DNA of 64,000 bases from Blastocystis sp. Blastoise. Taxonomy: Eukaryota > Protista > Bigyra: Opalinata. The notes under the pieces were generated by a model that was not told where the DNA came from, searched no databases, and was given only the letters and a program-made list of their open reading frames with translations. Positions 1 to 14,244 of this stretch are shown piece after piece. Location: assembly GCA_039096225.1 (NCBI GenBank), contig JBBPEB010000020.1, positions 62,001-126,000 of the forward strand. Reading direction: 5' to 3'. Numbering within the stretch: position 1 is the first letter of the stretch; each line of letters starts with the position of its first letter. A program made the position numbers and the translations under genes.

Positions 1-198
1 ATTGATTGTAACGATTTGTCACTCGCATTGACTTTTTATGATCGGAAATCAATGTGTTTACCTTTATCAAAAGATGAATATGAGTCATTATCCACTACAA
101 CAAATTCTATTCCTTTACCATCAATCCAAGCTGAGGGTGTTCAACTTCCTAATTCCAAATATGTTCTTTCTGGACTGAAATCACAATATAAAGTATAG
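1..198 (+). CDS. 3' end of an unidentified protein-coding gene, truncated by the window edge
   Basis: Frame 1 is open from base 1 (IDCNDLSLAL...QYKV) to TAG at 196-198. T/A-ending codon usage resembles the other genes, and a T-rich 3' flank follows. Confidence 0.6.
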   Translation: MDCNDLSLALTFYDRKSMCLPLSKDEYESLSTTTNSIPLPSIQAEGVQLPNSKYVLSGLKSQYKV

Positions 199-689
199 TA
201 GTTCGATTCTTTTTGTTAAAATAGTTGCTTCTATATATTGTTTATTTTTTATAATAAATATCATTCTATGGCTTTAAAACATGAATAATTATATGTTTCT
301 GCTTTTTATCATACTCGAAACCCTTTATAAACTTTTTAAATAAACATATTTTATGTTTTACTGATATATCCTTTTATTATAAACCTGTTTTGAATTCAAT
401 AAATAATTGCTTTGAATTCTATTTTTACTCCCACTAATGGAAATGAAAGTCCTTTTAGTTGTTTTTAATATTCTTAAACTGAATATATATATAATGTAAT
501 AGGATTCATTTGACTTTGAATAGTATCAGTGGCTATTTATGAGAAATATCATTATTATAAAAAAAACTGTATATAGAGAAATATGTTGTATATCATAAAG
601 CATTTTAATTATATATACTAATAATGAATGATAAAAGTACAATAAACAGTATATAACAGAACAACTAAATGAATGAGTAAATATAACAG

Positions 690-1769
690 TTATAATTGTT
701 TTCCAATTTGCTCTTTAGCTTCTGTATCATTTTCTAAAATACTATTACCATTTGATTTTGATTCTTCCATTTCTACAAACTTTAATATATTCTTTGCAGT
801 TTTTTCATCTTTTTCACAACCTTCTCCAACCATATACATAAATCCAATCTATAAAAAATAGAAGAATATATTATTATTTTTATTATGATTATTATTATAT
901 ACGTAATAAAACAAATTTATAATAATCATAAAAACAATAAGAAGAATAAAAATTAGAAAACTAGATATATAAATATACATTTCTAAGTGCTTCAAGAGAT
1001 CCATTTTCTGCAGCTTGATTATAATATTCAAATGATTTCTTATAATCCTTATTAACACCCATACCATTATAGTACATAATTCCCGCGTTTTTTAAGGCTT
1101 CCGCATTACCTAGATTTCCAGCTTCGAGAAAACTATTTAAAGCTTTTGTATAATCAACTGATTGATCATAACTATATAGTATGAACAATATTCATAATAA
1201 TACTAACATACGAAGAATATAATAGAAAAATAGTATATAGTATCTATATTATAAACCATAAAACAAGTATATATATATAGTATCTATATTATAAACCATA
1301 AAACAAATATATATATATAGTATCTATATTATAAACCATAAAACAAGTATATATATATATATATATATATACTTACTCTCCGGAGTAATAAGCCAATCCG
1401 ATTCGATTAATAGCCTCAGGATCCCTCATTTCACCAGCTTTTTGTAACAGTTCCCACGCGCGGGAAACATCTTTAGGTAATTCTTCACCATTTACATATA
1501 ACTATATAATAATAATAAATTTGAATATAAATATAATTAATATAAACATAATTATATCATAATCACTATAATACTATATTCATAGTAATCATAATAATAA
1601 TCTAATATATATATATATATATATAAATCAGATAAATAGAGCATAGATCCAGTATGACCTCCTTCTATTGCCTTCTCCAGGAACACTATTCCTTTCTCCT
1701 TTTCCTCTTGACCATGATGAATATAATACTGGCCCATAAAGAATTGAGATGATACATCTTCTATATATA

Positions 1770-1805
<36 letters not shown>

Positions 1806-2879
1806 GAATATGAAATTATATATATTTATATATATATACGTAAATCAGCAGCATGTGTAAAATAAGAAATAGCACGTGATTCATCTTTTGGTTTATTAAA
1901 CATACCATCAAAATAAATCATGCCAAGATTAAATAGAGCATCCGCATGGTTCTGACTTCCCGCCTCTTCTAAAAGCGCTAAACCCTCTTCAATCTTCGAA
2001 TCATCCTTTATTTCTAAATATATCTTACCTAATAACGCCTATATATATATATATATAAGCTATGATACACTTTTCATTATAAATCTATTATATATACATA
2101 TTCTATAATATTTATATATATATATATATAAATATTATAAAATATATATATATTAATATACCTTTGCAGCAGAATCACCTGTTTTGACAGCACGTGACAA
2201 CCAATCAATAGAATTCTTTAAGGCTACATCTGCAGATGTTTTCCTTTAAATTTCATAAAATAAATAGTAGCAAATAATATATACATATATAATATAAATA
2301 TTTAAAAAAAATAAAAAAGAATATCTAATAAAAAAATTCAAGTATATCTTTACTTTGATGAATCGTTGACCTCATTATTATATTTCATATAATACATATT
2401 TCCAACTTCAATCATTGATTTTGGATAATTAGCTTCTGCTAACAATACATTCGATAATACGCCAAGTTCTCTAGTTTCCTGACTTCCTAAAAGTCTATAT
2501 AGCAAAGTATAAAAACATAAATCCTTGTTATAGTTAAACTAAAATAAATCTTAAAAAAATACTCTTGTGAAGCTTCATAAAGATTATCATAATTACCATC
2601 AGCAATTTGTTTCTTCACAACCTTTTCCTTTCCAGCATCATTAATACCACAATCACTGATTTCTTTCAAGATTTCGCTTTTTGGAATTCCCAATGAAGCA
2701 AAGTAACGACAATTCATCATTCCACAAATCTTTAAATCATTTGTTGACTTCATAACAGGCAATAAAGCCTTGAAACTAGCCGATGATAAGCAACGAGTAG
2801 CAAATGTCGAACGAGAAGACATAACAAAGCATCTTGATGCCTTTAAAATACTTCTACCTATAACAATAGATTTGTTCAT
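690..2879 (-). CDS. Sel1-like repeat (SLR) protein with a mitochondrial/MRO-type presequence, 8 exons
   Basis: Spliced translation gives tandem SLR units (AGSQNHADALFNLGMIYFDG, AIEGGHTGSMLYLSD|LYVNGEELPKD, AGNLGNAEALKNAGIMYYNGMGVNKDYKKSFEYYNQAA). The N-terminus is R/S-rich and nearly free of acidic residues, ending ...CRYFAS. Stop TAA at 690-692. One intron (1502-1626) has no GT donor. Confidence 0.85.
1239..1350. repeat. Intronic ~40-bp tandem repeat, 3 copies
   Basis: Unit AGTATCTATATTATAAACCATAAAACAA followed by (TA)n, repeated three times. Confidence 0.9.
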
Positions 2880-4139
2880 AATTGATCTTTATTATTATTT
2901 ATGGATTTATCACCAAAAACACTTTTCTTAGAACGAAGAAAAAAAGACATCCATAAAATGCCAAATTACCCTATTTAAAAAGAGAAATTACTTATGTCAA
3001 TTTATTTCAAGATAGTTGAAAATAATTTTTTGGGATATAAAAAAACATCAAAGGTATTCTCATATGGAAACAATAAAATTAAAAAACAAAGAATTATTTT
3101 ATCTTGTATATAGGTTCAGCATACCCATTGTCATCTTGTCGATGTGTTTTCTGTTATTTTCATATATGTTTCATAAAAATAGAATACTCAAAATTATGAA
3201 TAGTTACATTGATTCGTGTACACTTGAATAAAATTCATCAATAGTTCATTTTTGTTACCACCACGAATGCTTATGGTTTTAAGGCTTGCTGTTTTGAATG
3301 GTTTCAGAAATCTATTATGACTATACCGTTTGATTGTTTCTTTCTTTAGAAATTCATATATTCAAGACCTTTTTCAGTCAAGTTTGTATTCATTAATGTA
3401 TTTATGACTAGTATATATTTATGAATAATTGTTCAACTGAAGTATTCTTCTTCTCTGCAATGAATCACTCATTTTTCGATTTTTCATTAAAATATGAACG
3501 TTAACTTCAGTCCAGTATTGATTTGATGCTTATACACAGTTTCTCGTTTGTTTTATGTTTATATTTTTTGTATTTAAGAATAAAAAGATGCCATTAATCA
3601 CACTTTATCTTTTCAGAAATAGATAAATAATTTGTATATATATTTTTCTTTAAATACTTTTAGTTCATTAATATTCATTCTATATAAGTTTTTTATATTG
3701 ATATATATTATACTAATCAAAATATTTATTTATGATAATTATTATTAAAGAAAAGGTTTATTTAAGAATAATATATGAATAGTAAGCAATTCACCCTTTT
3801 TTATAATAATCTTATTTATATAGAACGAAGTTTATTATTATTAGTATATAAAATGAAAGTTTATTAAAGTTATTATAAGTATATAAACAAAAATATATTC
3901 GTATACATATATATATATATAATCAAAGTTAATAGAATATTTAAAAATTATAATAATTAATAAAACAAATATACATATACATATACATTAACAATAACAA
4001 AATTATAATTTCATTAGAAGATTTTGAAAGAAAAATAAATACATATATTTATATGTAAAATAAACTAAATATATAAATATTTATATATATAATAATAGAA
4101 ACAAGTTATAAGAAAAATTATATATATATATAAATTCTT

Positions 4140-7100
4140 TTATGACCTTCTTTTCTGTTCTTTGCCGTTAGGATTCATCTTTTCGACGAATGGAAGACAA
4201 CTTTCAGCACGTGCACGTATTTCGTCTCTTGTTTTATCCTATATATATATATAGTATCAACGATAAAATTATCAAAAATATTTTAATAATAGTCTATATA
4301 ATCAATATTAATGAAAATCAACTCTTTATATATATATATATACTTGTGAAACTGCTTTAATAAGATTAATAATTTCAATATAATTCTTTTGATTCATAAT
4401 TTTAACTTCTTCTCCTACTTTTGTTATAAAGAATAATATATTTCGAAGTAATAATAAATTCTTTGATTTTAATAATAGTATTATACTATTCACTATTTCA
4501 TCCATTACTGATACATATATCTATAAATATATATATTAATACACAAATAAATAATATAAATATTTAAAAAAAATAATTTATATACTAATTATAACAAAAA
4601 TAAAATATATATATAAAAAAAGAAATAATAATATTAAATAAATATCTTCTGTATACTTTTTTATATCTACTAAATTGAATAACAAAGTTATTACTATTTG
4701 GAGACGTCACATTAAGATTATTTATATATTCATTATCATATTCATTATTCTTATTAACATACCATCTATTCATATCAGATAGAATTAATCTTATAAATAT
4801 AGATATAGACACTAATTCTTTTTCATTTATTCCTTGAATTAAAGGCATATATATTTTACTTATATATTTAACAAATTTAATATGATTATAATTAGGTATT
4901 TTATTCATATATAAATAATGAATAAATTTATAACAATAAAAAGAATCTTCGACGCTGCATAAAGTACGAGGGACGATGCAGTAAGTATATAAATCAAAAA
5001 TCGATTTATTAGTATTACCAAAAGGACTGAAAAAACATACTTGCTCTTGCTCAATAAAAGACTATATATATATATAGATATAGTTTTTAAAAAAAATAAT
5101 ATATATGTTTAAAATAGAGTGTATGGAATATATATATAAATTAAAAAAGAAATAAGTATAAATATTATTTAAAACAAAATAACTATATACATAATTATAT
5201 ATATATATATATACATTAAAAAGTCCACTGTTACTCTTTACTAGAGTCATTTCTTTCTTCATGTCATCAATAGTTTTCTTAATGATATTCTTATTTCTGT
5301 CGATTTCCCGTGGTTTTCTCATGGCTAATTCATTAATAGTATCTTGATAAATTGTTTCCTCAAAGAATATATCAGTATAATCCAAACACCAAAACCAGCG
5401 GAATAATTGCGGTGATAATAACGCAAATACACTTGGATCTACAACAGAAATCAGATTCTTTAAGAATGTTTCAGACAAGAAACACCACGAATAAATAGGA
5501 TCTTCTTTAATATTATCTATGGTTAATGGAATATCTATATCTTTTGAAGTATCTTTTGAAGTATCTTTTGGAGTATCTTTTGGAGTATCTTTTAGAGTAT
5601 CTTTAGAATCTTCGATTTGCATTGGAGAAACTAAAGAGTCTTCTTCTTCTTTCTCTTCTTTCTCTTCTTTCTCTTCTAATTCTTCTTCTAATTCTTCTTC
5701 TTCTTTTTCTTCTTCTTCTTCTGTTTCTTTATTAATCTTGCTATGATGTTTATTGTCTTCTTCTTCTTCTTCTTCTAGTTCCATTTCACTCTTTTTATTC
5801 TCTTGTTCTTTTAAAGAAGTAGAAGTAGAAGTTAAATCAGAATTATCTTTAATTTCTCCTTCTTCTTCTTCTTCTTCTTCTTCTTCTTCTTCATCATCAT
5901 CATCATCATCATCATTTGTCTTTATAGATTTTCCAGTAGTAATACTTTGATTCTCTTCTTCTATCTCCATTTCCTTGGAAATATCATCGTTTTCCGTAAG
6001 ATTCTCTTGATAATCATGAATCTCTTTCTCTTGTTCTTCCTCTATAGATGTATGTATTATAGTTAATGGCGTTACTTGAGTATCCTCCTCATCACTATCT
6101 ATTGGAGTTATATCAATACATATTGCATCCTTTACTAGGTCTTTATTAGTATCTATAGGAGTACTAGGAGTACTATTAATATCTATAGGAGTAACAGGAG
6201 TATCTACAGGAGTACTAGGAGTATCTATAGGAGTACTAGGAGTAATTGTATCTATAGGAGTACTAGGAGTATTATTAGTATCTATAGGAGTACTAGGAGT
6301 ATTATTAATATCTATAGGAGTACTAGGAGTATTATTAATATCTATAGGAGTACTATTAATATCTATAGGAGTATTATTAATATCTACAGGAGTATTATTA
6401 ATATCTATATGAGTATTATTAGTATCATTTTTTTGATCCTTTTCTTGTATAGGGTCAGTAGATGTTTCAGGATGACTACAATTATTATTATCATTACTAT
6501 TATTATTATCATCATTATGAACATCAGTAGCTATTGAAGAATTCTTTTCAATAGATATATCAATATTATTACTATTATTATTATTAGTAACACTTGAAAT
6601 AGTAGAAAAATGGTATTCTTTATTGTTAATATTAATACATTCATTATGTTTTTTCTGATAATATTTAAACATACTTCTAAATAAAGAGAAGAACTGAGCT
6701 ATTTCAAAACCATAAAATTGAATGAATTCGAAAGGATTCTCTACTGAATTAACAAAATAATCAAAACATTTCTCATATTTCTTAATTAATAGACATAAAT
6801 AATAATATGTCCAATTAGCAGTTTCAGTATTAGTAATAACAGCATCAACACTATGTCCTTCACTTGGATATGTATATATATATTCATTTTCTATTTGACA
6901 TAAAGAAATTAAATAAGGAAGAAGTAATTTATTATCTATAAATAATTGTATAAATTGATCATCATAAGATATAGCCATATTTGCTATTGTTGTACCCATT
7001 ACTTTATATTTACATAATGTATATCCTCCTAATAATAATTTATATTTATCAAAATCAACATTACCATAATATATACCCTTCAAATCAGGTACCTATATAG

Positions 7101-9433
7101 ATATATATAATTGTATATAGAATAATGTATATAGAGAATAGTATAATAGTTTATATAATAAAAATAAGGATATATATATTAATTATTGAAAAACAGATAA
7201 TAACAACACATTAATAATAACATAATAAAATCCTAATAATTATATAAAAACAACAGTATATATATACTTTTGCAGATATTTGTAATATATCATATAATAC
7301 TAATATATCTTCGATAGAACGTTCTTTTAACTTCATTTTTAATACATTCAATAATATTGTTATATTTATACGATCAAAATATTTATTGATTAAAGTAGAA
7401 TAAAAAGTACAAAAGTTAAAAAACCACGGGGATATAACAGAATGCTCATATTCACCATGTGAATCGGAACTAACATATTTATTATATAATGAAAATGATA
7501 AAATATCCATAGAAAGCGGTGAGAAATATTGAAATAAAACAAGTATAGTATCAATATTCTTCGGATTTGAAATAGAATCTAATAAGATTCGATGGCATAC
7601 TGATAAACTACTCTGATGACTTAACATGGTAATTTTAGCGCGGCAAAACTTTTTAGTAGTATTACATACTTTCTTTAATAAACTCATCGTTTCTTTTTGA
7701 ATAGAAGATAATATATATAAATAATGAGAATTATAAGAAGGCATAGTATACCATACATTATAATAGATTGTATATCGCCTTAAAATAGGTAAAGTTTGAA
7801 TACTGTCCCAAATAGAGAATTGTAACGTCGGAAGAGGGTCAGCGAAACACAATCCTGGGAGAATAGCATATGTATATAAAGAATCTATTAATGAAATATT
7901 TGTAGAATTCAACCAGATCTATATAAATAACATTAGTATAATACTTATTATTATATTTAGTATTATATATAAGAAAGTAACAATTCTATATAAATATAAA
8001 TATAACTATATATACTCATTTTTGCATTTATTATTATATATAATAAAATAGCAATTCTGTATAAATATAAATATAATATATATACTTCATTTTTATTTGA
8101 AAATGCTTTTAATAATCTGCATATATGAGTAAATAGGAATATATCACTACCTATATAAGGTCCTAATAATAATAATGCAGGAATAATCACGGTAAAGAAC
8201 TCCTCTTTTGATTGGATAGGAGTCACGTGGTGAAGCGCCATTGGAGATATAGTACTATAATTATATATTCATATTATATTAATAATAATAGTTATTATAA
8301 GAAGGAGAAGAATGTTCATATAAATACTAATATAATAACAACATTATATATATATACTGAGCATTTCTTTTACGTTCAGAAGCGTTTAATTGTGTATATT
8401 TATTTCCAATCGTATTATATAAATCAGAGATCATATATTGAATCATTTTGCATGCTGCACGTGCACAAAGAGGGTTATCACATGGATCAATTCGATTCGA
8501 AAGCAAATAATTCCAAAGAGCCAATGAAATATCAAAACAATATAAAGAAGTCGCAGATAAGAATAAAGATATATATTGATTCATTAAAGGTGGTACAGGA
8601 AGAGAAGGAGAAGAAGAAGAAGAAGAAGAAGAGGAGGAGGATGAAAGGGAAAATACAAAAAATGATTTCGCTGCAGTATTATAAGCTTCAGTCTATAGAA
8701 TAATATAGAATATAACAAGATATAGAAAGCATTTATAGATATAATAATATGAATATATATATATGAAATAATTATATTATAAATATAATATGTATATATA
8801 GTATATATAATTAACAATGCTAATAATAAATATACATAATTTCTTTTAAATGCTTTCATTTCTTCATCTGAGGGGGAGAGAAAACCATATAATTGTTCAA
8901 GTTGTATATACTGACCATCTACTAAATAAATAAGTAAATCTGAAAAAGATCGCGGAAATTCTATTTTTTGTAACTATATATAACAATATATTTAAGATTC
9001 TTTTAATATTCATTTAAAAAAAATAATCAAGAATTATTATTATTCAAATTGTGAATAGATACATAATAATAATAAAATTATATAGAGAAGAATATATATA
9101 TATATATATATACATTATATTTTTGTATTTTAAGTCCAATCAATGTAGGTAAATAGCTAGTTTTAAATAGTTCAAAAAGGCTGAAATAGAGCTGATAATT
9201 ATTCAGATTATATTCAAATGCATCTAATATAATATCTAGAACTCGATTTAAATCTAAATTATAATATCCACATATATGTTTAATCTCTTCTTTAATAATA
9301 TCAATAGAACTATTCTGATGGTGAAGAACGACTAATAATTTGGCAAATCTATATATATATATATATAGATATAGATATATATAGATATAAGTAATTAATT
9401 AAAAATTTGAAAATTAATTAATTAATTAGTTAA

Positions 9434-9501
<68 letters not shown>

Positions 9502-9519
9502 AAAAATAAATAAATAAAA

Positions 9520-9583
<64 letters not shown>

Positions 9584-10480
9584 ATTATTAAAAAAAATAT
9601 TGACAAATATATATATACCCTTCATTTTCATAAGGAAATAAATTATGTTTTCGTTGTGTATAATCTAAGGATGTATTTATTTTCTTTAATTTATTATGAA
9701 ATTGTTCTGCTTGAATTAATTTTGCTTTTGCTAATGACGATTGTTCTAATCGAACTTTTAAAAGAGAAATAGAACAAATCTTATTAGTTACAATAAATGT
9801 AATTAGCACACCATATGCATCCCAAAGTGTATTTTTACCTTCTTCTATGACATCATGAGGATCAACACATGTACCTAAATATACAATATGAACATAAATA
9901 AGGATATCACCAACAATGAATCAAATCAAACTCTTCATTTATACAGTTATATATCATTATTTTAAGTTATATATCATTTATTAATATATATTCATATATA
10001 TACCTATCAACCAAAGAATATCTGCAATCAGAGAATCGAAATCAGCTACTTTCTCCTATATAATAAATATTAGAATCTGATTTTTATTATAATTCATATC
10101 ATCAACTTGGCTCTTAATAAAGTCTTATATTTTAAAACAAATATACACATACTTTTCCTGCTAGCATAACATTTATAATCACCTTATCTGTGATAGATCC
10201 ATCCAAATATCTCCAGCATAGTTCATAGAAAAATACCTTCAATATTGGATTATCTAAAAGACAATTATTAAAATTATGAAAGAAGAGATAGACATACAGA
10301 GGTTTACATTGTTTTCTGATTTAGTGAATAACTCTTCGAATTTATTTATCCTAATATACTAGTACAAATTCTTTAGAAGAACGAAACATACAACAATCGT
10401 TCTCTTTGAAGCTCAGGTTTTGCCATCATTGTATCAACAATGTGTGTGTATTGAATATTACCACGAATCTCATCACTCAT
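4140..10480 (-). CDS. THOC2: THO complex subunit 2 (THOC2/Tho2), multi-exon, with a large low-complexity insertion
   Basis: All junctions splice in frame with GT-AG. Diagnostic motifs: YTQRKHNLFPYENEG|FAKL, ICGYYNLDLNRVLDIILDAFE, SPQLFRWFWCLDYTDI and YCIVPRTLCSVEDSFYCYKFI. ATG at 10480, TAA at 4140-4142. Confidence 0.9.
6148..6420 (-). repeat. Coding minisatellite in THOC2 encoding TP(STP)IDINN repeats
   Basis: 21-30-bp units built from ATCTATAGGAGTACTAGGAGT on the plus strand; the translation shows about 12 TPID/TPVD units. Confidence 0.9.
9435..9582. repeat. (AAAT)n intronic microsatellite
   Basis: About 145 bp of nearly pure AAAT inside a THOC2 intron. Confidence 0.95.
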
Positions 10481-11162
10481 CTTGTTTGATATAGATAGTA
10501 AAGATGGAAAAATGTATTTTGAAAAATTATTTTTGATTTTATTTTTCTTCACAGTCAAAAAGCAAAGAAAATCATAATTCGATGTTTTATTATATTTTGT
10601 TTTATTTATGAATGATCAAATAATTTTATTGTGTATTTCTAATTATTCTTTATGGATTTAAGATGTTTTGAACTGAAAATTTAGTTAGATTTGCTGTGGA
10701 AACTATAATTGGATGAGAAATGAACAAATATTGAGTGTTTTAGTCTAGTTATATATATATATTGTTTTACTATATTTTATTAATAGTGTCCAATGATTTT
10801 AGAAGCGATATCTAATATGAATGAATGATAAATATTTCATGTACACAGAAAATCGCATGCTATTGTTTTTATAATATTTCATTGCATGATAAATACTTGT
10901 TCTGGAATGATTTATGAATATAAACGATTTTTCTGTCAAAAGAAGGTATATTGGGTTTTAATTGAATCGTTTCAGACTTAACAATATACATTAATAGTCA
11001 CTGTGTCCATACTTCAAATACACAATAAACTAAACATTTGATAAAATGAGTTAATAGAGAAAAAAATCAAACAAAACAAAGAAAAGTCAAAGAAGAAACT
11101 ATCTATTAATTACATAGAATACTAGTATATAGCGCATATAGAAATAAACTAGATGAATATGA

Positions 11163-11258
11163 TTAGATTCGTTTAAATGTTGTTCTTAAAGATAACCGCG
11201 GGTCTTCTTCTAAATCGGTTTTCACACAACCAACACCCTGTAAAACCCATTCTATACC

Positions 11259-11289
<31 letters not shown>

Positions 11290-12427
11290 TATTTTATAAA
11301 GAAATATTTATAAAAACATATATATATAAATATATAAGAGAAAGCTATAAATAGAAGAAGATAATGTATAAAACAAGATATAGAAAGAATATTAATTATT
11401 ATTTTTATCAATTCTTCATATATTATTTTTGTAAATAAAAGTTATATAAATAATATAAACAATATATATATATATATACATTCACTATTAAATTTCTTTC
11501 CTCCATAAATATCAAGGCCCATAAATTGTTTAACAATCTGTTGCTCATGATATACAATTAAACAAGGTAAGTTTCTAATAATATATATATATATTGATAA
11601 TAAGTATAATCAAAATAATAACTATAATAACTATAATAAATATAATAATAATAATAATAATAAATATAACTATAATAACTATAATAACTATAATAATAAT
11701 CTATACTGATCAGGAAAACCTTTAATACAATCAGTACTGATTATTTTTACAAATTTAACGTCTGGATTTCGTTCAGCTACAAGCTGAAGTTGGCTTAACA
11801 TCAATTTACAATCTAATATTGTACAATAAGAATGAAGAAAACTTATTAATGTATATAATGTTACTACATCATATACATTGTTTATTGAGTCTAAAAAATG
11901 ATTCTTTTATTTTTAAAAAAATAGTAAAGGATATGAATCTTTATAGAGAAGGACAACGACGAATCCTTCGTCACTAGCTCTTGTCACTTGATTGATGAAT
12001 TCATCTCTTGTAATATCAATTATATATCCAAAACGATTCTTTTCAGCAACTGCTTTTAATTCGTTCATTCGTTTGTTTTTGTATTCTTCTAAAAATTGAA
12101 GATCATCATCACTTAAATCTTCTTCTTCTATATCTTCAAGATCCGATAATTCTTTCCCTTCATAAGGATTCTCTTCCTTTTGAGGTTCATACTTTTGAAT
12201 GACTTCATCAAAAGCTTTATCTAAATCCTATATATATTACGACATTTGATTTTATTATTCCATTAATGGAGCATACTTGTCTTCTAGGAATTACATGATG
12301 TTCAGCCAAGATATCTTCCCATTCCGTTGTTTCATACTTATCTTTACGATAACTGAATATAACAAGAGTGAAGCAATAAAAATATATATATATTAACATA
12401 CGAAGTAGTACCACCGTAAAATGACAT
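11163..12427 (-). CDS. PDCL3: Phosducin-like protein, PhLP2 class (PDCL3/Plp2), CCT co-chaperone, 6 exons
   Basis: MSFYGGTTSYRKDKYETTEWEDILAEHHVIPRR...KNRFGYIIDITRDEFINQVTRAS..VVVLLYKDS|ILDCKLMLSQLQLVAERNPDVKFVKIISTDCIKGFPDQNLPCLIVY...VKTDLEEDPR. This matches PhLP2 hallmarks (TEWxDIL, KFxKxxSTxCI, PDxNLP). Confidence 0.9.
11821..11934 (-). other. U12-type (minor spliceosome) AT-AC intron
   Basis: 5' end ATATCCTTT matches the canonical U12 donor, and the 3' end is ...TTTTCTTCATTCTTATTGTAC. Removal restores the thioredoxin-fold sequence LYKDS-ILDC; retention hits TAA. Confidence 0.88.
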
Positions 12428-14244
12428 TGTAAATCAATTATTTTATTAAAAAATATATAAAACTTTGATTTCGTAATTGACTTTTTATTCTATCATTTTA
12501 TTTTGTAGAATAAACCATTCATTTTTGTACTTTTTATTTTTGAAAATATATGCGTAATGTAATTGAGCATGAATACATTTAGATACATATAATTTGCATG
12601 CTGTTTGAAGAATGGATCAAGTCAACGATTCTCTCTTCTTTTCGTTACATCCTTCTTTGGTTTTATTTTACGATTCTGGATGATATCTCCTTGCTGGCTG
12701 ATCATAATAATACAAATGAAAAGCAATTTAAGCTAGTTGATCTAAGTACATATTGTCGTGTTGTATTTTTAACTTGGATAATTATGGTTTAACGAAAAGA
12801 ACGAAAGTTCATTGAGTATAAGGAGACTGATTAAATGTTATCAATTCTTATTAAGATTCTACAGTCTGAAAGTGAATAGTCAACACTGTATGTCATGCTT
12901 GACACTTTTTTTGATTCAACCAGATGTTTACTCTAAGTATATATATATTATACTATGTTTTTAAATTTTTTATTGTTGCATTTTTACCCCATTATATTTA
13001 AAAGATATATAAATATAATGCCAAGGAGGATGCTAAATGAATTGTTTATATAAATATCATATATATATACATTTATATAATATATTTCTCTATGAAACAA
13101 GTCGTTTTTCATAGATGAAATTATTATTTTATATATGATTCTCATACATTTTTGTTTTTTTTACTTGATCTTATATTAGTTTATTTGAATATATAAAGAA
13201 ATCAGAACCTTCTTTATTATATTCTGTAAACTATGAATTGAAATGAGTCTGAACATTAATTTATTTTTGTTATGATGTCTATTTCTATTCTATATACATC
13301 TATTTCATTCTATATTCTATATAGTTATGATCATTGTTAGGTTTATTCAGTAGTTATAATCATCCTTATGTAACGAAACATAGTTCTTCACTATTTAACT
13401 TGAAAACTAACATATAAATTGCTAAAATAATATATTTTTGTTACTATTTTTTCGATGATTTGTTTTGTTCTTGTTTAATAAATGGTAGAATCCTATAATT
13501 TTTTTTTCTATATCTTAATAATGATTTTCCTTACATGCTTATGATCATAATATTCTCCTTTTTATTACAGTAAATTGTAGTATTATAAGAATTGATCTTT
13601 CTACTAACAAATTATAGTCAAATAATTATATCTGCATAATAAATAGATCCATAAACATTGTTTCGTTTTCATCACTGAAATAAAAAAAATTCAAATTTGC
13701 TGACATTAATAAAAATGTTCATTCCGTTTTAGTAAGAACAAGAAAAATGTAAACAGTGACGTAACCTATGAACGTCATATAAATACTAAATACTAATAGA
13801 AGCATCATCAAAAAGCTGATCTTTTCTTTCTTCATAAACTTCCAGGGAAATCAAGAGAATTGAATTAAATCAGAATTGAGAGGGAAAAATAATAAAAAAA
13901 AAACTATACAAAAAAAAGTGCAAAAAAAAGGTGCGTCAAAAAAGCAAGATAATCTTGATTATAAGTCAAAGATATAAAAAAACTATCCACTAGAATTAAA
14001 AAAAAATAAGAAAAATACAAAAAAATATGGACACTTGAAAAAGGAGTGGTTATTACATAGAAAATCATAGTATGGAAATTAGAAAAATGTAGATTCAAAA
14101 TTTATATAAGAAAAATTAATGGAGGAACCAGTCGCAAAAAATCAATAATTTGAAGTAGCTGTCTGTATTTTCTTGAGAAATGTCAAGTTAAGTCTTTTGA
14201 CGTATATTAACTTTAGAATTCCTTGATAGATTTAATATATAAAA

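Noticed and set aside
5519-5950. Ser-rich plus-strand ORFs, and 8212-8703, 19692-20063, 46504-46812
   Set aside because: They are antisense shadows of real exons.
6148-6420. CRISPR-like regularly spaced repeats
   Set aside because: It is a coding minisatellite with no unique spacers, in a eukaryotic gene, with no cas genes.
9899-9910. Other ATATCCTT matches (about 7166, 9900, 50164 and 60517) as U12 donors
   Set aside because: They fall inside normal GT-AG introns or open exons and are not needed to restore a frame.
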